DNA of 64,000 bases, taken from Laetmonice hystrix. Taxonomy: Eukaryota. The notes beneath the pieces were generated by a model. The model worked only from the letters and a program-made list of their open reading frames with translations, had not been told where the DNA came from and made no database searches. The position numbers and the translations under genes were made by a program. The stretch lies in the NCBI GenBank assembly GCA_965235115.1, contig OZ249439.1:23684001-23748000 (forward strand), given 5' to 3'. Below, in pieces: positions 33,401 through 42,945 of the stretch. Within the stretch, counting starts at the first letter, position 1. Each line of letters starts with the position of its first letter.

Positions 33401-36400
33401 CAACTACCATCTGAAACATAACCCAGTGTCAATGAGCATGATCAGGACTGCCAACATTCCTACCATCAACTGGTATCTGAAACATAACCCAGTGTCAATG
33501 AGCATGATCAGGACTGCCAACATTCCTACTATCAACTGCCATCTGAAACATAACCCAGTGTGATGAGGACTGCCAACATTCCTACCATCAACTGGTATCT
33601 GAAACATAACCCAGTGTCAATCAGCATGATCAGGACTGCCAACAATCCTACCATCAACTACCATCTGAAACATAACCCAGTGTCAATCAGCATGATCAGG
33701 ACTGCCAATATTCCTACCATCAACTACCATCTGAAACATAACCCGGTGTCAATCAGCATGATCAGGACTGCCAACATTCCTACCATCAACTGGTATCTCA
33801 AACATAACCCAGTGTCAATGAGCATGATCAGGACTGCCAACATTCCTACCATCAACTGGCATCTGAAACATAACCCAGTGTCAATGAGCATGATCAGGAC
33901 TGCCAATATTCCTACCATCAACTGCCATCTGAAACATAACCCAGTGTGATGAGGACCGCCAACATTCCTACTATCAACTGCCATCTGAAACATAACCCAG
34001 TGTCAATCAGCATGATCAGGACTGCCAACATTCCTACCATCAACTACCATCTGAAACATAACCCAGTGTCAATCAGCATGATCAGGACTGCCAACATTCC
34101 TACCATCAACTGCCATCTGAAACATAACCCAGTGTCAATGAGCATGATCAGGACTGCCAACATTCCTACCATCAACTACCATCTGAAACATAACCCAGTG
34201 TCAATCAGCAGGATCAGGACTGCCAACATTCCTACCATCAACTGGTATCTGAAACATAACCCAGTGTCAATCAGCAGGATCAGGACTGCCAACATTCCTA
34301 CCATCAACTGGTATCTGAAACATAACCCAGTGTCAATCAGCATGGTCATGATCAGGATAACCTCTACTACACAGTCAAACACATGTGGAGGCAGCCGCAT
34401 GTTATGCCTTGATATATACTTTTAGAATTTATACTTTCGTTATTAAGAACCACTATTCAAGGTTAATTTCAGCGCTTTTGAAGGGAGTATATGAGAACGT
34501 TATATATGAGGACGACTCACGGAATATAAAAACAGTTTGTCCAATTGAAACGTTTTAAATTCACTGCGAAAGACCAGATATGTGAACATTTTAAGCACCT
34601 CCTACCAAAAACAGTTTGAAATTGCAAAAAAATAACACAGTTGTAGAATTATTTGAATTGTCTATTTTTACTCTAATACGCCACTCCTACTTACTGATAC
34701 ATAGCTAGTTTCGTATCCCGACATGTAGTCGTGTCGTTCGGGTATTTCGCTGAGATTTCTGAAGCCGTGTCATTACAGCAATATCTGTTGTGCTCAGTGC
34801 CGCAGCAGAACAAACCGTCATCGCAATCAAACGGTCCCTCTAGGTAATCACTCGAATCGCAGTAACCCGAACAACGTATCGAAGATGCTATAAGCAAATA
34901 TATATAGGCATTAAGGCACATATAGAACATATTTTGTTGGATACGGTTGTACAGAGTATATGCCATAATGTATACTTAGAATTTATTATGATCTGATATA
35001 AATTGGCAACTTGAGACGGATGGACAATGGGGTGGGGGGGGGTGGGGGGGGGGTTACCAGACTAATTTTTTCATGTTTTCACATTACATTGTGAACGGTA
35101 TAATATTAATAAGTATATATATCAAGGGGGGGTGGGGGGGTGGGGGGGGGGGTTACCAGACTAATTTTTTCATGTTTTCACATTACATTGTGAACGGTAT
35201 AATATTAATGCTAGATTATAGGTTAGAAACATAACATAACAGTAGTAGGCCTATAGTAAAAAAAGACGAATCAGGATGAATCAGCTAAACTGGATCTGAA
35301 CGTTAACAAGGTCCACATTTAGCTGACTTTATCTCAGCTGATTCAATATCTTGGTATTAGAGAGACCGGTACAATGTGCAAGGAGTGTCGTCAATACATG
35401 TATTGTGGAATCGTAATCATGTTCTGTAACCTCAGAACTAGAGTAGTCCAAGGTCACAATGTTCATCCCTGCCACGCAGAACTTCTTGTAGTATAATGTG
35501 AATATATATCAGGGGCCGGTTTTTTGTTTACTTTTCGACCGTGAGCAAGGGTGAGCAGAAGCTCATGCTCACCGTTTTGCTCACTGTTTTCGTTTTTTGG
35601 GGTGTTTTTCCGTGAGCTTGCTCACCATGAGCACGCCTCATGGAAAAAACAACCCAAAAATACACAAAAACGGTGAGAATGAGCTCATGCTCACCCTTGC
35701 TCACGGTGGAAAAGTAAACAAAAAAAACCGGGCCCAGAAGCTCATGCTCACCGTTTTGCTCACTGTTTTCGTTTTTGGGGGTGTTATTCCGGGAGCTTGC
35801 TCGGTATGAACACGTCTCATGGAAAAAAGCAACAAAAAAAAAGAACGAAAACGGTGAGGATGAGCTCATGCTCACCCTTGCTCAGCTCAGCTCACCCTTG
35901 CTCACGGTGGAAAAGTAAACAAAAAAGCCGGGCCCAGGAGAGAAACTACGCAATCTCGTAGATTCACACTGTAGGTCATGGGTTTAGGACCATTTTACAG
36001 TTTAAGAGTCATGACGTTATTATACCTTAAGTCGCGGGAGTTCAAGTTTTTACATGTTGCCAGATAAACCTTTCGTCATCTAATAGTTATTCTATTTCTC
36101 GAACAGGAGAAAGTATTCTGAAATACCATTACGTTTTTTCTATTAATTTGGTCGTTGAGGATAAATGCTCAATGTCAAGAAGGTGAATATGCTATGGTCA
36201 ACTCCATAGGAAGCAGTACGTCAAGGAGCATCATATCAAGTCTTTATGACGTCTTAAAGACATCAAACAGGGTATCACTTGACCAGCCCCTAAGATTTTT
36301 AAAGGTATCGTAATCCCATCTGACTACCTCAATAATGTCTTTCTTACTCACCTGGGTGAGTGAGGGTTACAAACAGGAGCGAAGTGAGTGTCGTATAAAA

Positions 36401-36403
36401 CAT
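29792..36403 (-). CDS. Shisa-like single-pass membrane protein, paralog 1 (4 exons, 347 aa)
   Basis: Exons 36403-36352, 34887-34701, 31416-31286, 30465-29792; all GT-AG with matching phases 1/2/1; total 1044 nt. ACCACCATG Kozak, signal peptide, CSGYC..C..FCCG..YCC..C ectodomain, TM, CCCQCC cluster, PPSY and PPTY motifs. Confidence 0.85.
31286..31416 (-). CDS. Shisa-like 1 exon 3 (TM + Cys cluster)
   Basis: Acceptor ttatgtttcag, donor G|GTAGAG; encodes WQLMVGMLAVLILVMVSAACCCQCC. Confidence 0.8.
31376..34345. repeat. 66-bp minisatellite (~45 units, with 56-bp variants) built from the intron 2/exon 3 junction of Shisa-like 1
   Basis: Unit atgatcaggactgccaacattcctaccatcaactgccatctgaaacataacccagtgtcaatcagc; on the minus strand it reads ...ttatgtttcag|ATGGCAGTTGATGGTAGG.... 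Confidence 0.97.
34701..34887 (-). CDS. Shisa-like 1 exon 2 (Cys-rich ectodomain)
   Basis: Acceptor tttgcttatag, donor AT|GTATCA; encodes CSGYCDSSDYLEGPFDCDDGLFCCGTEHNRYCC. Confidence 0.85.
35029..35208. repeat. ~100-bp direct tandem duplication beginning in G-runs
   Basis: G-run + ttaccagactaattttttcatgttttcacattacattgtgaacggtataatattaat occurs twice. Confidence 0.85.
35512..35935. mobile_element. MITE with ~45-bp TIRs and partial tandem duplication of its right part
   Basis: Left ggggccggttttttgtttacttttcgaccgtgagcaagggtgagc; inverted copies end at ~35736 and 35935; internal gctcatgctc/gagcatgagc repeats; no clear TSD. Confidence 0.7.
36352..36403 (-). CDS. Shisa-like 1 exon 1 (signal peptide MFYTTLTSLLFVTLTHP)
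   Basis: ACCACCATG; donor CAG|GTGAGT, phase 1. Confidence 0.8.
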
Positions 36404-37971
36404 GGTGGTTTCCAGTAGAACACGAAGGTCACCCCAATACATTCTCTACTCGGAGAACGTGCACGTATTGGCACACGAATTCCAGCAGAATTCACAGCCA
36501 GAGTGTTTATAATATGGAACAGATTGTGGCAATGGGTATAGAAGTAGGTGGCATTAAGACGACGTCATGTGGCGACCTATATATGACATAGATAACAGCC
36601 ATTGATTAAAAGACGCCCACTCATGCACGTTTACACACACCCATACCAGTTCGCGTCTTCTTTATATGAAAGTAGGAATTTCGTTAGCTTTATGAAAAAA
36701 ACCAAAAACCCGGATTACTGGAAAATGCGTTCCAAGTCTGATCAAAATTATATTAACAGTCCGGATTAACTGCAATGCAATTTGTAATTTATGCCACACC
36801 TGCGCAGTATCCCTGCGAGTGACAGTTCTGAGTGTTGTCTCTCCGTGCGTGCGATAACTAGGGGAAGGTCCAACATGAGAAACCAGATTGTAAACCAGTT
36901 GAAATGAAAAATGATAAGGATTCAAGTGAATATACAGGGAGGTTACAAAATGAATAATATAGGTTATCGTTTGATGATCTTATACACAACTGTCCGCCTT
37001 TGTGTCACAGTGTAATGTTTGTGTACATACCCAATATGAATACAATATAGGCCTTCCCATGGTAATGCGTAAGCGACACTAATCTAAAAGGGGAATGCAT
37101 ACAACCATTATAGGTAATGCGTTTTTTTCCCAATTATCCTGCCACGTCACTTTTACCACTCCGAGACTCCTAAGACAGTTCAAACCCGGGTTGAAAAGCC
37201 CGTACCACTGTAATTCTATAGAGAGATCAAATCGGTTATTTGTTGGTTTTGCCTATAACAGACCCCGGTGGTTTGGATAGGGAGAAAATGTGTTCAAAAT
37301 ATATTGGTTGTAGTTCACGTTCAACTTCAACCAGATCCTTATAGTTTGCACATGTTTGGCGAATCCACTACATTTTGGCGAACGCACTATAAAGTGAGAC
37401 AAACGAAATCATGCATTTATCATTTAAACATGCCTTCGATATAGATTGATAAAATGTAGCTTAACACATTTGTATGTCAAACATCTTTTATCATAATTTT
37501 TGTACACGCTATACCACCTGACTTCTTATCTATACACTGGAAAACACCATTTAACGTCAGCCATTGACACCGTCTCAAATCGGCCTATAGGCCTACTGCC
37601 CTAAGTTCTCCAACAATCATACAATGTTTATACCTCTATAAGGAATCTAGATCATTCACAGTATAAACTTCCCACGTAATCATGAGAGTTATGAACATAC
37701 CCTATAGGCAAAAGAAAGAGGGATGGGGCGGGGTGCAAGTCCCTTTCTATACTGAATTTAAAAGATGGAAATTATATGAGTGTTAATCAACGTCATCTGA
37801 CATTTTCAGAATCGCGCAAACTCTCGTGGATGACGGACTTTAGCTGACAGGAAGTGTAACTTTGTGTCCGAACATATTCACTTTAAGAATTAACTGTTGG
37901 GATACAGGGTGGTAATCATTAGAGTTTTAGGATGTTTAGAAAATGTAGCCCCCTATAAATGCATATTTTGT

Positions 37972-38468
37972 TTATTGAACCACTGGGAAAGCATTTGTGT
38001 TTGGAACTTGTTCAGCTGTGAGATGTGAGTGAGTCCAGGGCGCTGCAGGTTGTTGTTCTAAACGGAATGTATACAGAGGCGGCGGTTCGGTCTCATCCAC
38101 ACAAACATGCGCAAAGGTGGCCTCCGATGACGTCCCCGGTGTGGAGGCAGCATCTGTCGCCACGCCCTCTACTGGAGAGTCAGAGTGGGGTTTAGGTCTA
38201 CCCCTCCTGGCGGCGGAGGCAGGAACTAAGCCCGATTCTGACGGTACAGTCTCCGAGGTGGATGCCGAGGGACCCGAGGCGGACTCCTCGGTATCGAATG
38301 CTGGGTTGTCTCTCCCGGGGTTGAAGATCTCCTCGTATTTGGGGGGATCCTTAGGGAGCGAGTCGTAGGATGGTGGCTCGAACGCGTGCGGTACTGTGGG
38401 ATCGAAATCTGAGGTCGGGCAGTTGTGTTCTGGGATACTGCCACAGACAGTCTCCAGACCATGGCTCT
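37972..38468 (-). CDS. Shisa-like 2 exon 5 (cytoplasmic tail with PY motifs)
   Basis: Acceptor ttttatttcag, phase 1; PPSYDSLPKDPPKY, similar to the paralog 1 tail. Confidence 0.85.
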
Positions 38469-41400
38469 CTGAAATAAAAGAGGACACGCTGTATAAGTAG
38501 GAACGAATCGTTTAAGTAAATTGTATGTGTAATGGGAGGCTCATGGTAAATAGCTAACACAATAATTCTTGACCCGCTTTCAATGCCTTATCAAGACAAG
38601 GTCAAAGAACTCAGTAGGTAAAATTGGGAGGTGTCTTTCTTTTATTATACAGACTAGGCCTGCTATAGTACATTCATGAAATTCAATGAGATAAAACCAT
38701 GTATTTGGCAGGTAGGTAACTGGTATATTTCAAGGTGAGAAGGAAATAATGATGGCTATATTAATCAGAGCATCGTTACAGCTAGGGCAGACCGAAGTTT
38801 TGAGGCCACAGTACACCGGCCTACACAAAACGTCATAAAAAAGTTTTAGTCAGACAATACGGTTATCAAATATCTCTGCTCGCTGCCTTAAAGGGACCCC
38901 CTGTAATTACCCCCCGTTCTTACCCCGCCCCCCGGTCATTACCCCTTCCCGCTCACCGTTGCCCGAAGTCCTGGTCCCTCTCAGTCTCCGCGTTGGTTCG
39001 TTACTATGACATAAACCGACAGCACAGTAGTAAACACAAGCACTGAACATCATCAGGATCATGATGGTCCCCAGCAGTCCGATAACGATACGCCAGCTAC
39101 AACAACAAAATGATAGTAGTAAACACACGCACTGAACATCAGCAAGATCATGATGGTCCCCAGCAGTCCGATAACGATACGCCAGCTACAACAACAAAAT
39201 GATAGTAGTAAACACACGCACTGAACACCATCAGGATCATGATGGTCCCCAGCAGTCCGATAACGATACGCCAGCTACAACAACAAAATGATAGTAGTAA
39301 ACACACGCACTGAACATCATCATGGTCCCCAGCAGTCCGATAACGATACGCCAGCTACAACAACAAAATGATAGTAGTAAACACACGCACTGAACACCAT
39401 CAGGATCATGATGGTCCCCAGCAGTCCGATAACGATACGCCAGCTACAACAACAAAATGATAGTAGTAAACACAAGCACTGAACATCATCAGGATCATGA
39501 TGGTCCCCAGCAGTCCGATAACGATACGCCAGCTATATACAACAACAAAATGATAGTAGTAAACACACGCACTGAACATCATCAGGATCATGATGGTCCC
39601 CAGCAGTCCGATAACGATACGCCAGCTACAACAACAAAATGATAGTAGTAAACACACGCACTGAACATCATGAAGATCATGATGGTCCCCAGCAGTCCGA
39701 TAACGATACGCCAGCTACAACAACAAAATCTTAGTATATTAATATTAGTAGGCCTACACAAATATATACTTGAAACAAGAAAAACTTTTTTTTTAAATAC
39801 TGATTTCTCATGTTAAAAAGATAATTCCGCTTAACATAAAATCCTTTAATTGAGAAATAATTTTCTTTGGCGAAATAATGTTTCATAATAAGTGAGTTTG
39901 TGAAAATCGGTATCTTACTGGTACAACCACCAGGCTGAGGATGGACAATTTTCAACATCCTTCAAGTAACCGACATCTTTAGCAGGGTCAGCGCAGCAAT
40001 ATCGAATGTTTTGTCCACCGCAACAAAACACCTACAACACATGCAAGCACACGTAACGATATCTCCAGTCAAAACACTATGGCGCAACGCAAAGTTACAT
40101 TATGCCCTCATAATGTAACTTTAAAGGTTTCAATCAATTTCAGTCGAATTTTCAAAGCGTCAATTCTTAGTTCACAGATGAATTTCTTGGTCCATATATT
40201 TCGAATGCATAGTTCTAAGAGTTGTCGATGTCAGCTGAGCGCATGTGTTGAAATGAACTGTACAAATGAATTAAATGCCGTTTCGATATCTTAACATTTT
40301 ACGTGAATGAAAAAATCATGCGATAAATATTGACCAATCAGGAAGTTTAACTGAGTTAACGTAAACCGTATACATTTCTGAGAGAATTCTCTTGGACTAT
40401 ATGACTTAAATAAGCTCTCGACCGCACCTCCCGCCTATATTTACAGTATTAAATATAAAGGTCTCGGCTGCACCTTCTGCCTATATTTACAGTATTAAAT
40501 AAGCTCTAGACTGCACCTCCTGCCTATATTTACAGTATTAAATAAGCTCTCGGCTGCACCTTCTGCCTATATTTACAGTATTAAATAAGCTCTAGACTGC
40601 ACCTCCTGCCTATATTTACAGCATTTGACCCTTTCGTTCGAGATACACTCTTCACTATAATAATTATAATCACCGGTTGGCCGATAACGAGGCTCTCACA
40701 AAGCGTCCGGCCTTTGTAGCCCCCGAAGATGTCGCAGTACGCACTACAATAAACGATGTCTCGGCGGCTTGTTGCTAGAGAAGTCGGAGTGGTAAATATG
40801 GACGGACGAGAAGTTGTCTGCGCAGAGACAGGAACACCTAGAAAATAATGTAGAAAACAGAACAACAGGGTTATAGTACATGTAATCGTAAAACATATTT
40901 CCGCGGAAAAGAGAATAACTGTTTCATCGGCCGATGGCGCGTAACACCACTATGAGCGAAGATAATAATGACGAAAAGGCATAATTATGAGGTCGCCCAT
41001 ATTAGGCAGACTGTTTGGGGGGGGGGGGGGGAGAAATTCACCTAATCCTTCCTTTTACTTCTTTTATGCAAACATAAAATGTTACATTTTAGTATTGTAG
41101 TATTTGAAAATATTTGGTGATATTTACCGAGTGCTGGACGTCTATATACTTACTTTACGTCAACATTGCCTTACTTTACGTATTATAGAGGCGTCAGTCA
41201 GCATTGTCATAATACAATCTTACTTTACGTATTATAGAGGCGTCAGTCAGCATTGTCATATACAATCTTGCTTTACGTATTATAGAGGCGTCAGTCAGCA
41301 TTGTCATATACAATCTTACTTTACGTATTATAGAGGCGTCAGTCAACATGGTCATATACAATCTTACTTTACGTATTATAGAGGCGTCAGTCAATATTGT

Positions 41401-42945
41401 CATATATACAATCTTACTTTACGTATAATAGAGGCGTCAGTCAGCATTGTCATACAATCTTACTTTACGTATTATAGGGGCGTCAGTCAGCATTGTCATA
41501 ATGCAATCTAGAGGCGTCAGTCAACATTGTCATATACACTCTCACTTTACGTATTATAGAGGCGTCAGTCAACATTGTCATATACAATATTATTTTACGT
41601 ATTATAGAGGCGTCAGTCAGCATTGTCATATACAATCTTACTTTACGTATTATAGAGGCGTCAGTCAACGTTGTCATACACAATCTTACTTTACGTATCA
41701 TAGAGGCGTCAGTCAACATTGTCATCCTACTTTACGTATAATAGAGGCGTCTGTCAACTTTGTCATCTTACTTTACGTATTATAGAGGCGTCAGTCAACA
41801 TTGTCATATACAATCTTATTTTACGTATCATAGAGGCGTCGGCCAACATTGTCATATACAATCTTATTTTACGTATCATAGAGGCGTCAGTCAGCATTGT
41901 CATATACAATCTTATTTTACGTATTATAGAGGCGTCAGTCAACATTGTCATATACAATTTTACTTTATGTATTATAGAGGCGACAGTCGACCTTGTCATA
42001 TACAATCTTACTTTACGTATTACAGAGGTGTCAGTCAGCATTGTCATATACACTCTCACTTTACGTATTATAGAGGCGTCAGTCAACATTGTCATATACA
42101 ATATTATTTTACGTATTATAGAGGCGTCAGTCAACATTATCATATACAATTTTACTTTATGTATTATAGAGGCGACAGTCAACCTTGACATATACAATCT
42201 TACTTTACGTATTACAGAGGCGTCAGTCAGCATTGTCATATACAATCTTACTTTACGTATTACAGAGGCGTCAGTCAGCATTGTCATATACAATCTTACT
42301 TTACGTATTATAGAGGCGTCAGTCAACGTTGTCATACACAATCTTACTTTACGTATTATAGAGTCAGTCATTGCCATATACAATCGATTACAGACGATCA
42401 CAAGCCTCGTCACTGCCGGGTAAGTGTTCTTATCGATATATAGATTACATGATATCAATAGCGACTTATTTGCACTTCTCCGCACAGTGCATTTAGTATG
42501 TGATGGTAAATCCTTGTATCTCTAAGCCAACCATAATAATATTATGATAATTGCCATCGGACACCCATGTTATTCTCCCCTCAGACATTTTGCAAACTGC
42601 GGATATTATATTCATAGTGACACAATTTCCTCCTAAGTATTTGGCTAAGCAGTTCTCTAAAGAGTAAAATGATTAAGTATTTTACTGATCGATAGTTTAG
42701 TTCCAGACGTTTTAATTGAGAGAGAGAGCCGAGCATTTCTGGAACACACGACCCTTCATCGAAATGTGACGTTTTATCAACTGATAGCCCTAGGCCTATA
42801 TATGATCACGGCGCGAAGCTGATCGGGTGTATAGTTCACGTTCACACATTATTATTAGGTAATTTAGGTAAACACGAGGTAGTTAGTACCCACCTGGTGA
42901 AAAGGAGAAGTATCCTAAGAAACAAAGAAGTAGCCAAACAAACAT
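37972..42945 (-). CDS. Shisa-like single-pass membrane protein, paralog 2 (5 exons, 321 aa)
   Basis: Exons 42945-42894, 40837-40674, 40031-39919, 39096-38957, 38468-37972; GT-AG with phases 1/0/2/1; total 966 nt. Signal peptide, CSAYC..C..FCCG..YCC..C, TM, PPSY/PPKY/PPLY motifs. The donor at 40673 (GTGATT) is weak. Confidence 0.82.
38957..39096 (-). CDS. Shisa-like 2 exon 4 (TM)
   Basis: Acceptor ttttgttgttgtag; WRIVIGLLGTIMILMMFSACVYYCAVGLC; donor G|GTGAGC. Confidence 0.8.
39026..39729. repeat. 89-bp minisatellite (8 units) built from the intron 3/exon 4 junction of Shisa-like 2
   Basis: Exon-start positions at 39096, 39185, 39274, 39354, 39443, 39532, 39625, 39714. Confidence 0.96.
39919..40031 (-). 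CDS. Shisa-like 2 exon 3
   Basis: Acceptor gtgttgtag; VFCCGGQNIRYCCADPAKDVGYLKDVENCPSSAWWLY; donor CA|GTAAGA. Not in the ORF track. Confidence 0.82.
40406..40621. repeat. 43-bp tandem repeat (5 copies, alternating variants) in Shisa-like 2 intron 2
   Basis: ttaaataagctctagactgcacctcctgcctatatttacagta. Confidence 0.92.
40674..40837 (-). CDS. Shisa-like 2 exon 2
   Basis: Acceptor attttctag; T/S-rich stretch then YCSAYCDIFGGYKGRTLCES. Confidence 0.75.
41149..42390. repeat. 48-bp minisatellite (~26 copies) in Shisa-like 2 intron 1
   Basis: tacaatcttactttacgtattatagaggcgtcagtcagcattgtcata. Confidence 0.96.
42894..42945 (-). CDS. Shisa-like 2 exon 1 (signal peptide MFVWLLLCFLGYFSFSP)
   Basis: gagccATG; 52 nt ending CCAG|GTGGGT, same length and phase as paralog 1 exon 1. 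Confidence 0.75.

Noticed and set aside
31376-34345. CRISPR-like array or repeat-protein gene (plus-strand ORFs MIRTANIPTINCHLKHNPVSIS...)
   Set aside because: No unique spacers, and the context is eukaryotic. The ORFs arise because 66 is a multiple of 3, and the unit is explained by the minus-strand intron/exon junction.
41104-42485. Long ORFs (up to 240 aa) on both strands
   Set aside because: Translation of a 48-bp minisatellite; open in several frames at once, with no unique sequence.
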